From the human T2T-CHM13v2.0 reference genome, Homo sapiens, in the NCBI RefSeq assembly GCF_009914755.1, contig NC_060935.1: DNA of 64,000 bases; one strand, 5' to 3'. The notes below the pieces were generated by a model. That model made no database searches. It had not been told where the DNA came from and saw only the letters and a list, made by a program, of their open reading frames with translations. Of this stretch, positions 1 to 11,620 are shown one piece after another. A program made the translations under genes and the position numbers. The first letter of the stretch is position 1; every line of letters begins with the position of its first letter.

Positions 1-63
1 TGCTGCACACCCCCCGACAGGCCACAGTGTGTGATGTCCCCCTCCCTGTGTCCATTTGTTCTC
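1..63 (-). mobile_element. L1PA 3' UTR fragment at the window edge
   Basis: ccccgacaggccacagtgtgtgatgtccccctccctgtgtccatttgttctc matches the antisense L1PA 3' UTR. Confidence 0.75.
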
Positions 64-221
64 CTATTCTTGCCCCAATTAAGTCAGTGTTTTTCCTCCT
101 TCTCATTCCCTGGTGATCGTGGTTGGCACTGATCATTTTCACCTCACTCAGCTCCTGGAGGAGGTAGTTAAAGAAAGGAACTGGGAAAGAAGTTACTCCA
201 TAGTCCCTAGGTCCCACTAAA

Positions 222-224
222 AAA

Positions 225-267
<43 letters not shown>

Positions 268-270
268 ATA
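222..270. repeat. (TAAA)n microsatellite
   Basis: About 11 tandem TAAA units read directly. Confidence 0.95.
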
Positions 271-380
271 TGCAGCCCAAAGCAGCCCTTACCTTGTCCA
301 TATTTCACAGCTTTGTCTGATCTGATGCCCACATAGGACATAGACATGGAATGATCTAATAGGTCAGAGTCCTCCCCAAA

Positions 381-404
381 CTCTCTCTCTCTCAAACATA
401 TATG

Positions 405-443
<39 letters not shown>
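381..443. repeat. (CT)n followed by (CA)n microsatellite
   Basis: CT run at about 381-393 and CA run at about 407-442. Confidence 0.95.
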
Positions 444-445
<2 letters not shown>

Positions 446-574
446 TGTGACATTTTCCATCCCTTCCCACCACCATTTATTCCCAGACTAATAGGTATCA
501 GTGCCTCCCCACACCCAGACACAACATATACACACAGGAGGCACAGCAGCCCTGCCAGGTCCCCATAGAGGGCT

Positions 575-850
575 GGATGTCAAAGTCAGCATTTGTCACT
601 TGCAATTATCTTCTCCTGGGTCAATAAAATAACAATCATTTTGTAAATGACCAGGAGCTAACAGCCCCTAAGAGCTGGCTCAGAGGCAAGTATTAATTAC
701 GCTCCAGGGCCCAAGTCTCTTCCCACAGGGCTCAGCGCTGAGCCCTGAGTCCTGGGAGCAGCCCCCTTCAGACAGTAGGAGGGAGGAAGGAGAGTAAAGA
801 GTGATTAATGGCACAATTTACTTCTTCTTTTAGCCAAATGATTGACAGGA
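575..850. promoter_or_regulatory. Candidate developmental enhancer (PBX-HOX and PBX-MEIS/PREP motifs)
   Basis: TGATTAATGG at 802-811, TGATTGACAG at 839-848, two extra TGTCA sites near 578 and 594, CAATAAAA at 622, AACAAT at 631; no recognisable repeat. Confidence 0.45.
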
Positions 851-1014
851 GGGAAAGGTAAAGTGACCCAGCTCTCCCATGCAGGCCTAGCAATCGATCC
901 CACAGGCCAATCTCTGCCTGCACCCCGGAAGCCTACGCCTTGTTATGAGTGATGAGGAATTAAATATTGGGAGACTGAGAAAGTGATTTCACATAACCTT
1001 TTAGTCCGGCATAA

Positions 1015-1560
1015 TGTTCCAATTATCTGTTGCTGTGTAACAAACCACTCCAAACTAAGTGGCCTGATTTTATTATGCTCACAGCTTCTATGGATCAAGA
1101 ATTTGGACAGGGGACAAGATGAAAAGTTTACCTCTTCTCCATAATGCCTGGCATGAGAAATTCAAACAGCTGGGGGCAATGTGAACAGCTGGGGGTTGAA
1201 TCATCTGGAGGCTTCTTCACACTCATGTCTGGGACCTGGGCTGGGATGACTTGAAGGTTGGGCCCAGCTAGGACTGTTGCCCTGGTACCTACATGTGGTT
1301 TCTCCATCCGGCTTGGACTCCCCATAACATGTTAACTGGGGTCCAAGAGGGAGCATCCCCAGAGAACGCACCCAGAGGGTAAAAGTTCCAAGACAGCCAG
1401 GCAGAAGCTGCATGCCCTTTCATGACCTACTCTCAGGTCTTCACTTCCTCTGTATTCCATTGGCCAAAGCAGTAACAACCCCATACAAATTCAGACAGAA
1501 GGGGACATAGATGCCTCCTTTTAATGACAGTAGTGTCTAAGAATTTGAGGCTTTCATTTT
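1015..1560 (-). mobile_element. Old MaLR (MLT1-family) solo LTR
   Basis: Starts tatctgttgctgtgtaacaaaccactccaaact..gtggc and ends with ccattggccaaagcagt..aaattca..gggacatagatgcctc, typical of antisense MLT1. Confidence 0.7.
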
Positions 1561-2052
1561 TTAAATCATGGAACATGGGATCCTTTAAAATGGGGCCCTT
1601 CTAGAACAGCTGTGTGAATTAGCTGAGACTAAAGAAATAAGGCAAGGAGCTAAAATATAAACCAAAGTTTTTAAAAGATTGAATCAGCCTAACCTTTCCT
1701 TGAAGCAATCAGACCTTGATCTAAGCCCCCTCCATCTGTAAAAGGGAATAATAGCCCTTTCTCTACCTACCTAGGAGTAGGAATACATTGAAGCAAGTTA
1801 GAAATTCAGTCTAAGGCCAGCTCACCAGTGGAGTTCAAGCAAGCATGCTGGGCTCTGGTAGAGTCAACATGGCAGTGTGCAGCCTGGCTTTGCAGTATTA
1901 GACCAAATAAAGAAATAGATGAAGGCAAGCTGATCTGGTTTTTGGGGGTGGGGCCTTCAGACCCAACCACCACCACCATCTTCCCTATAACTCTTGTCTC
2001 TGCCATTTGGTTAGCAACTATTCTTTCAGATTGCTCTTTCCATTTTGACTAG

Positions 2053-2580
<528 letters not shown>

Positions 2581-2674
2581 TAGTGCACAAAACAAAAGAT
2601 GTTTCTTTTTGGTCCAAGCTCCACTCTCAGGGAATATCCAGCATAAGCCTGACTCTTCTCCCGCTAAATGGGCC

Positions 2675-2892
2675 TTTGGGGAATGCACTTTCACGTCAGG
2701 CTAGCCAGTCCCTGTTCCTGAAACCCTGGCTTCAAGTCCTCTTCCCTCCTGATCTACCCCTACTTCAACCTACACAGCCATCCCATGCACTTGTTTCCAC
2801 ATAGTCCACTTGGGATCTCATTCATGTCTTGCCACACTCCAGATTCCCTCTACATGCAGCATTCCCATGGCCAACACCCCTAGTGACCTTAG
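2675..2892 (+). repeat. Donor copy of a 218-bp local duplication (partner at 8762-8979)
   Basis: Ungapped manual alignment to 8762-8979 with 7 mismatches in 218 bp. Confidence 0.95.
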
Positions 2893-5204
2893 CCCTCAAC
2901 TAAAGCTGGACTAGGAAGCGTGATGCCATAGCAAGATGGATGAAGGGGAAACAGAAGACAATGATTACCTCTGGGACCTTGGATAAGTCACTTTGGCCCT
3001 TGGGACTCAACTTCCTAATCAAGAGCCCTTCTAGCTCTAAGGTTGAGTGAAGCCAATAAATATGAGACCTTCCCTCCATGTAACAAACTGTTATCATATG
3101 CAACATGCCAGGCTCTGGGCTGGGAGCTGAGACCTCATGGCAAACCAGAGACAGTTCATATAGGGAGAAGCATCCCATACCCCTTCCCACACTCCTGCCA
3201 GCCCATGAAATAGGAGCTGATACCTGCTTATAACTACTAAACAGAGACTGCTACTTCCTCTTCACTTTCCCTCACTTTTTCTGCCCTCAAAAAAAAGAGT
3301 GGCTATCCAATCATTTTGAGATTGGAAAAAGGGTTAAGCAGATATGTGATGGCCACATTTTGACTCACTTTTTTGGAATCGCCTGCTGGAGTCCAGACAC
3401 ATCCTTCCTTCCCATTTAGTAACGCCTCTGAGGCAGACTTTGCCCTGCACCTGAGGCCTGCAGTTTTCCTGCTGTGCTGCTCTGTCTAGGAGTCTAAACT
3501 CAATCCGGGAGGAAAGGAGTAGGAATCTCATTTTGTCTTTGGACCAAAGTCACTCTCTCCAACATAGTTCTATTAATAATAAAACTGGCATGGCACGGTG
3601 GCCCTATCCAACTCTGTGCTTATCTCCCAACTCAAAACTCACAGCTAGATGGCATGATTCATTATCATCTCCTCTTCCCCCTCAATTCCCAAAGCCTTCA
3701 TTCTCATGGCAGGAAAGCCAGACCAGCCAAGGCAGCTGTAATCCAGCATAACCAATGTGCTGTTAGGGATCAGCCCACGCTGCTGTGAGAACACAGAAGG
3801 CTCACCCAGCCCAGTCCGGCAGGTCAGAGAAGGCTTCCTGGAGAAGCAGAGGTCCAAGAAACAAGACAGGGAGCAGGAGCTCAGCAGGTGACAAGGGGGC
3901 AGGGACTGTACCCAGAAGATGTGCATGGGATGGATGCATGGTGCCCACTCTGGATGGGTGCTCAAAAGAAACAGCAAGTGCTGCATCTGCTTGTAGGGTA
4001 GAGACAGGATCTGACGAGGGCAAGGCTGGGCACAGAGAGCCCATTCAGAAGCCACCACAATCACCTAGGTGGGAGCCGATGGTGGTGTGGACTCAGGCAA
4101 TGATCATATGGAGGGAGAGCTGGGGAAGAAGTTGACACATAATCAGGAGGTTAATTTATGAGACTTGGTGACTGACATGCTGAAAAGGTGAGGGAGCAAG
4201 TGGAGCTGAACCACAGTGGGGTGGCAGGGCACATTTCTCCTTGAGCATCTGGCCGTCAGCCAGGCACCTCTGCGGGCAGCCTGTAGGGACCCAGGGATGC
4301 TCCACCCCTCAGCCACTACCTGTTTCTGGCTTGAGTCTGCTCTTCCTGTTCTGGCTGGGGCTGAGAAGGGAAAAGGGGGGAGAGAGGAGGGTGCAGCACC
4401 CTGATACTGAAGGTGCATTTTTATTACCTCACTAATGCTCTCCTAATTAATATACCTAGAGGCTGCGCCTGCCACTTCACTACTTTCACTGCTGATTTGC
4501 CCCTTGAGACAAAAGGAAATTGGAATTAAGAGGAGACAATGGAATTGCCAGCAGGACTATTAGCTTCAATGAAGCTAATGAAGGGAGTGGGAGGGGGAGG
4601 AGAGGAGAGCCTGGGGGGCACTATGACTCACTCTAGGAGCTGCCAGATGGACAGATGGAGACTAGGGGAGGGCTGTGACTGGAAGGACTCTGCCTTTCTG
4701 GGCTCCAGAAGTCCTGGGGGTACCCCAAGGTCAGGGGTTCCCAAGGTCAGGAAGTGTGATCCGATGGGAAGAAAACAGGAATTAGAAGTTGGACGGGGAC
4801 TTCCTCCAGCAAAGGGAGCACAGAAGGGTGACAGAAAGAATGCAGGAAGATATAGAGGGGCTGCTTCATCCCTGAGCCCCTGGAGAGCAGTCCAGGTATT
4901 GGGCAGTCCCCAGTACCCTCAGGCAGAAGCAGACCCCAGTCCTCTGCCCCTTTAGGGGCAGATAAAGGGGTTGCATTTCTCCAACAGGGGGCCCAGCTGA
5001 AACTCTACCTGCCCTCTGGTAGGTAGCAAGCTCAGTCTTCTACCCCAGGCACCTGTCCATAGACAGCCAGATTTCAGGACTCAGCTCAGGTCCCTAAAGC
5101 TCAAAGGATACAACGTGGATGGAAAAAGCAAAAATATTTGCAGCCCAAGCCAAAAGAAAAAAGAGAAGCAACATTCAGGTCAGGGCACATCTGCAGGATT
5201 GTGT

Positions 5205-5340
5205 GCACACACACACACATATATACAGGCTCTCACACACTCACTACATGCCCACACAGCTAATCCACCCACATGCACACATACACCCAAACTCAAATGC
5301 ATGTAGGCACACACACGCACACCTGTGCACTCACACTTGC
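5205..5340. repeat. CA-rich degenerate simple repeat
   Basis: Many cacac/catac units. Confidence 0.7.
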
Positions 5341-6569
5341 AGGCTCACCAATCTGTCTTAGGAGGGGCTATCACTAATTTGGTAATGACTGTCTCCTCTG
5401 CACATCTTTCACAGGCCAGCTCCCCTTCCCCACGGCTTCAGGCTGGGTTTGTTGCCCCAGACATCTGGCTGGTGTTCAGCCCTCCCTGCTTTCTGCATCG
5501 CTGGACTACTTGGAGGAAAGGCAGAGGAAAATGGTCACTCCAGCAGTGCTGCCAGGACACCAGGACCCTGCTCCATACACCTAAACCTCAGCTTGCCCTT
5601 CCCGTGGAAATAAGGAGATGAAGCACTCAGAAAACACAATGCAGTTTCATTTTCAGGGTGGGATTTTTTCCTTCTATGTATCTCATGAGTCACTAGATTA
5701 GCACCTTTCCAATTACTGGGAGGCAAAAGCCCTATTATCATAGAAACCCTCCTGCAGAGTGACGGCTCTATTCTTTCTGACGGCAGCAGCCAGTCCCACA
5801 GAGAGCTGCAGAGCTCAGCAAGCTGGGAGCCTGAAGTTCCAGGTAACTTCATGTCCTCGTTTCAAAAGTGAAGTTTAAAGAACTCACATCACAGCCTTAG
5901 CAGACTTCTCACACTCCACAGAACACGCCAGGACAGCCCAGGAAGGAAGGCTGAGGAAGGTTCAGGAGCACATCCCAGAGGCTGCACACAGGGCCCGGGG
6001 CTGCCTCGAACACACTCTGCAAGGGTCTGCAGCACTGAACGTTCTGTCTGAGCTGAGGGAGAACTGCATGACACAGAGAGCATGTGGCTCTAAACTATTC
6101 TGGGAAGAGTCACTGGAGATCCTCGAGAGGCCTCGAATTAAAGTAGTCGGCCTCACAATCAGGTGCCCTGTCCAGAAGGGGTCAGATGAACAACTGGAGA
6201 GGCCAGACTTCAGTCAGGTTCAAGGCGTTATGCATCTTAAAGCCACACCATGGGCAATGTGCTGAGTAGAAACCTTGACCTGAAATCAAGATGTTGTATA
6301 CTCTCTTCCTGCCATACTGTTCTCTTTTCTCAGTGGAGATTACATACGGATCCATTAAGACAGCCAGCTCCACCCGGCTGGTAGCTTCAGGCAGGGATGG
6401 ACCTCTCAGCTGTGCAAGGAGCCTGGCTTCTTCCCCATTATCCTGATGCCCATGTCCCCAACACCCTTCTCCCATGATCAGCCCTGGACCCCAGTAGCAG
6501 GTGAACAAACGTATCTGGACAGTTTATTGTGTGCCAGATGTGATACAAGATGCCAGGTAGATGAGATGA

Positions 6570-6790
6570 ATAACAGTAGCAATAGACACTCTATGTGGAG
6601 CACTTAACCTGAGCCAGGCATTGCATCTAGATTATTCCATTACCTCCTCCCACAGTCCTGGAAGGGGATGTTGTTATCTCCACCTTACGAACGAAGAAAC
6701 TGTACCTCAGAGAGTTTAAGGAATTCGACCCGCAGGATTCAAACCCAGGAAGAGTTTGAATTAAAATCTGTGTTCTTACCTCTAAGATAT
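6570..6790 (-). mobile_element. MIR fragment
   Basis: gagcacttaacctgagccaggca..gaagaaactgtacctcagagagtttaag..ggattcaaacccagg resembles the antisense MIR core. Confidence 0.65.
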
Positions 6791-7719
6791 GTCACTTTCC
6801 AACATATAAGTGCAGGAATTGGCCTCCCAAAATCTCAGATTGCTGGGCATCTTGATGGTAGCACCCTTCCTCAGACTGCTGTCCCTCTCAAGCTGTAGGT
6901 CATCTAGGTTGACAGGTGGTTAACCTGAGACCATGACCCTCCAGAGTGTAAGGGACTTCCTGTTCCATGGGTTTCTGGAGCCTGGGGAACCTCAGCCTCA
7001 CTGAGGACATAGCCTTCGTAAAGAAGGGAACATCTGTATGAGAGGCAGGGACAGCTTGCTTCCTTGTCCTGTTTCCTCCCTTTTTCTCAAGGCTTAAAAG
7101 ATGTGCAAGGTCAGCTCAAGAAGGGTAAAAGGACAACAGCCTGAGGCAGAGACACAACTAGGAGCCAGGAGAACTAGGAGGGGTCTGAGGCTTCATGGCA
7201 CTCATGAGCCACAGACCTTGATAGGCCCCTGTTTATCCCACATTCCCCCAGTTTATATGTTCCAAAGGGAGTTTTAGTAGCAATTTTAGTGCAGTGTTGT
7301 CCTTTTGCTTTGGGGCTTGGTGTTTGCCTGTTAACAACCTTCTTCCCACCCACCCTCTCCCCTTTTAATCCATAACTGAATTCCATGCTGGAATTAGGAG
7401 GTTCTGCCTCTTTCTGCTATCACCAATGTCTTTGGGTGCTCTGTCTAGGTTTCTCACCAGCTCCAGGGCAGCAGACCTGTGTTGCTCAGTAGTTTGCTGT
7501 TCCCCAGCAAGACAGTCACTGCCACTCTCCAAACTCAGGTCAGAGATGGACATGGGGATACTAAGCTACTCAACACAGAAAGAGATCAATTTTTTTATTC
7601 TCTATGTAGTGATTTAGCAATGAAACTCCTCTTTTCAGAGACACAAATAAGACCCCAAAGATGTACTGATGGCCACGGTTTCTAACATTTTTCAGAACTA
7701 GTTTTCCCTTATGCAAGAA

Positions 7720-8110
7720 GGCCATTTATTAATAGTAACATTTAATTACTTTGTATAAATAGCCGACTCCATTAAGGAAATAAGAAATGGCAGCAGTGCC
7801 TACCACATTAATTGTTTTGGTTGGTTTTTGTTGTTTTTCGTTTTTTTTTTTTTTCTCTCTCTCTCTCTCTCTCTTCCCCCCACACCCCCCGCCAAGCTAT
7901 AGCTTCTGTAGCTTAGTGGATGTTAATTGCATAATTAGAATTAATTGCATTAATTAATTAGTTAGAACATTTAATATTCCCCCAATGGTTCCTCTGAAGT
8001 CATTTGTGCTTAAGTCTAACTCTACCAAGGAATAAAAGATCTCCATAAATATTGTGGTAAAAATTTTAGTTATATTTCAATCACTCAGTATTTATTTGCA
8101 TTAGTTAGGA
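7720..8110. promoter_or_regulatory. AT-rich island dense in homeodomain (TAAT/TAATTA) motifs; candidate enhancer
   Basis: gttaattgcataattagaattaattgcattaattaattag at 7922-7961 plus further TAAT sites. Confidence 0.35.
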
Positions 8111-8310
8111 AAGCCTCCTATTCTTGATTGCCTATCTCAACTTCTCAGCTCTTTCTTAGAGCATTCATTAGCCAAATAACCATGTTGCTACTTGACAGAC
8201 TTTAGATTGCAGCTTCATGGAAGCCTGAAATGTCTCAGGGACAGGCCAAACCAGAGAGCAAGTGTTACACAATCGCTCCAGCTAAATCGGACAGTCTTCT
8301 CTTTCCACCA

Positions 8311-8975
8311 TGTGATGGTTAATACTGAGTGTCAACTTGATTGGATTGAGGGACACAATGTATTAATCCTGGGTGTGTCTTTGTGGGTGTTGCCAAAAGA
8401 GATTAACATTTGAGTCAGTGCGCTGGGGAAGGCAAATTCACCCTTAATCTGGTGGGCACAATATAATCAGCTTCCAGCAAATATAAAGCAGGCACAAAAA
8501 CCTGAAAAAAGAAAGATGGGCCCAGCCTCTCAGCCTACATCTTTCTCCTATGCTGAATGCTTCCTTCCCTCGAACATCAGACTCTGGGTTCTTCAGTTTT
8601 GGGACTCAGACTGGCTTTCAGCTTGCAGACAGCCTACTGTGGAACCTTGTGATCGTGTAAGTTAATACTTAATAATTATATATATATATATGTCTATATA
8701 TATAACCACGAATACTAATATATACTATTAGTGTGTGTGTATATATATATACACACTAATATTTGGGGAATGCACTTTCACTTCAGGCTAGCCAGTCCCT
8801 GTTCCTGAAACCCTGGCTTCAAGTCCTCTTCCCTCCTGATCTACCCCTACTTCAACCTACACAGCCATCCCATGCACTTGTTTCCACATAGTCCACTTGG
8901 GATCTTGTTTATGTCTTGCTACACTCCAGATTCCCTCTATATGCAGCATTCCCATGGCCAACACCCTTAGTGACC

Positions 8976-9019
<44 letters not shown>

Positions 9020-9095
9020 TATATATGTGTGTGTGTATATATATATACACACACACTGTTAGTTCTGTCCCTCTAAGAGAACCCTGACTAATATA
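8311..9095 (+). mobile_element. 5' LTR (MLT2A1-like), enlarged by a 218-bp insertion and microsatellites
   Basis: Starts tgtgatggttaatactgagtgtcaacttgattggattg, ends ttagttctgtccctctaagagaaccctgactaatata; homologous to 12107-12516. Confidence 0.93.
8762..8979 (+). repeat. Inserted copy of 2675-2892 inside the 5' LTR
   Basis: About 97% identical to 2675-2892, absent from the 3' LTR, flanked by TA/TG/CA tracts. Confidence 0.95.
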
Positions 9096-9100
9096 GATTT

Positions 9101-9115
9101 TGGTACCAGGAGTGG
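9101..9115 (+). promoter_or_regulatory. Primer binding site, tRNA-Leu
   Basis: TGGTACCAGGAGTGG is complementary to the tRNA-Leu(TAA) 3' end and lies just after the 5' LTR. Confidence 0.85.
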
Positions 9116-9254
9116 TTCTAGAGGAACAGTATATTAAGGATGGAGTTCTTTCATTGGTTTTGGGGTTTCTGGAGTTGGCTGCTTAATATGATTAGGCCCC
9201 AAAATGCTAAGGACTCTACTTCTAATAGTATGGAGAACACTGATAGTCCTTGGC

Positions 9255-11250
9255 TATCTGTGTGCCAGAGGTTGGGAAATAAATCTGACTAAAATTCAGG
9301 GAACTTCTACCTCAGTAAAATTTCTAGGGGTCCTGTGGTATGGGGCCTGCCAAGATATTCCTTCTAAGGTGAAGGATAAGTTGCTGCATTTGGCCCCGCC
9401 TACAACCAAGAAAGAGGCACGATGCCTAGTGGGCCTATTTGGATTTTGGAGGCAACACATTCCTCATGTGGGTGTGTTACTCCAGCCCATTTATCAAGTG
9501 ACCCGAAAGGCTGCCAGTTTTGAGTGGGGTCCAGAACAGGAGAAGGCTCTGCAACAGGTCCAGGCTGCTGTGCAAGCTGCTCTGCCACTTGGGCCATACG
9601 ACCCAGCAGATCCAATGGTGCTTGAGGTGCCAGTAGTAGATAGGGATGCTATCTGGAGCCTTTGGCAGGCCCCTCTAGATGAATCACAGTAGAGGCCTCT
9701 AGGACTTTGGAGCAAGGCCCTGCCATCTTCTGCAGATAACTATTCTCCTTTTGAGAGACAGCTCTTGGCCTGTCACTGGGCTTTGGTGGAAACTGAACAT
9801 TTGACTGTGGGTCATCAAGTCACCATGCGACCTGAACTGCCTATCACAAACTGGGTGCTTTCTGAGTCATCAAGCCATAAAGTGGGTTGTGCACAGCAGC
9901 ATTCCACCATCAAATGGAAGTGGTGTATATGTAATGGGGCTCAAGCAGGCCGTGAAGGCACAAGTAAGTTACATGAGGAAGCGGCTCAAATGTCCATGGT
10001 CTGCACTCCCGCCACCCTTCCTTCTCTCCCCCAGCCTGCATTGATGGCCTCACGGGGAGTCCCCTATGATCAGGTGAGAGAGGATGAGGAGACTAGGGCC
10101 TGGTTCACAGATGGCTCTGCACGATGTGCAGGCACCACCCGAAAGTGGACTGCTGCACCACTACAGCCGCTTTCTAGGACATCCCTGAAGGACAGCAGTG
10201 AAGGGAAATCTTCCTAGTGGGCAGAACTTCAAACAGTGCACCTGGCTGTGCACTTTGCATGGAAGGAGAAATGGCCAGATGTGCAATTATATACTGATTC
10301 ATGGAGTATAGCCAATGGTTTGGCTGGATGGTCAGGAACTTGGAAGAAGCATGATGGGAAAATTGGTGACAAAGACATTTGAGAAAGAGGTATGTGGACG
10401 GATGCCTCTGAGTGGAAAAAAAAAAAACTGTGAAGATATTTGTATCCCATGTGAGTGCTCACCAATGCGTGACCTCAGTGGAGGAGAAGTTTAATGATCA
10501 AGTGGATAGGATGACCCATTCTGTGGACACCACTCAGCCTCTTTCCCCAGCCACTCCTGTCATTGCCCAATGGGCCCATGGTGGCAGGGATGGAGGTTAC
10601 GCATGGGCTTGGCAACATAGACTTCCACTCACCAAGGCTGACCTAGCTACAGACACTGCTGAGTGCCCAATTTGCCAGCAGCAGAGACCAACACTGAGCC
10701 CTCGATATGGCAGCATTCCTCAGGGTGATCAGCATGCTACCTGGTGGCATGGTGATTATATTAGACCACTTCCATCATGGAAAGGGCAGAGGTTGTCCTC
10801 ACTGGAATAGACACTTACTCCGGATATGGGTTTGCCTATCCTGCACGCGGTGCTTCTGCCAAGACTACCATCATGGACTCACAGAATGCCTTATCCACCG
10901 TCATGGTATTCCACACCGCATTCCTCTGACCAAGGCACTCACTTTATGCTTAAAGAAGTGCGGCAGTGGGCTCATGCTCATGGAATTTACTGGTCTTATC
11001 ATGTTCCCCACCATCCTGAAGCAGCTGGATTGATGGAACAGTGAAATGGCCTTTTGAAGTCACAATTACAACACCAACTAGGTGACAATACTTTGCAGGA
11101 CTGGGGCAAACTTCTCTAGAAGGCTGTGTATGCTTTGAATCAGAGTCCAATATATGGTACTCTTTCTCCAACAGCCAGCATTCACCTGTCTGGGAATCAA
11201 GGGGTGGAAGTGAAAATGGCACACTCACCATCACCCCTAGTGATCCAGTA
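9255..11250 (+). pseudogene. HERV-L pol remnant (C-terminal RT, RNase H, integrase) with stops and frameshifts
   Basis: Peptides [38 protein letters not shown] (RNase H), HGGRDGG..CPICQQ (integrase Zn finger), SDQGTHF, WSYHVPHHPEAAGL. Confidence 0.92.
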
Positions 11251-11269
11251 GCAAAATTTTTGCTTCCCT

Positions 11270-11620
11270 GTTCCCACTACATTACGTTCTGCTGGCCTAG
11301 AGGTCTTAGTTCCAGAGGGAGGAACACTGCCACCAGGAGACACAACAATGATTCCATTAAACTGCAAGTTAAGATTGCCACCTGGACACTTTGGGCTTCT
11401 CCTATCTTTAAGTCAACATGCTAAGAAGGGAGTTACGGTGTTGGCTGGGGTGATTGACCCGGACTATCAAGATGAAATCAGTCTACTACTCTACAACGGA
11501 GATAAGAAAGAGTAAGTATGGAATATAGGAGATCCACTAGGGCGTCTCTTAGTATTACCATGCCCTGTGATTAAGGTCAATGGGAAACTACAATAGCCTA
11601 ATCCAGGCAGGACTACAAAT
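11270..11620 (+). pseudogene. HERV-L dUTPase remnant
   Basis: Translates to SAGLEVLVPEGGTLPPGDTTMIPLN..LPPGHFGLL..GVTVLAGVIDPDYQDEI, downstream of integrase as in ERV-L. Confidence 0.85.

Noticed and set aside
2675-8979. The two 218-bp direct repeats as LTRs of a 6.3-kb element
   Set aside because: No TG..CA ends, TSD, PBS or PPT and no retroviral coding between them; the second copy lies inside another LTR.
9204-11044. HERV-L pol ORFs as a functional or domesticated gene
   Set aside because: Broken into short frames by stops and frameshifts, and the RT catalytic core is deleted.
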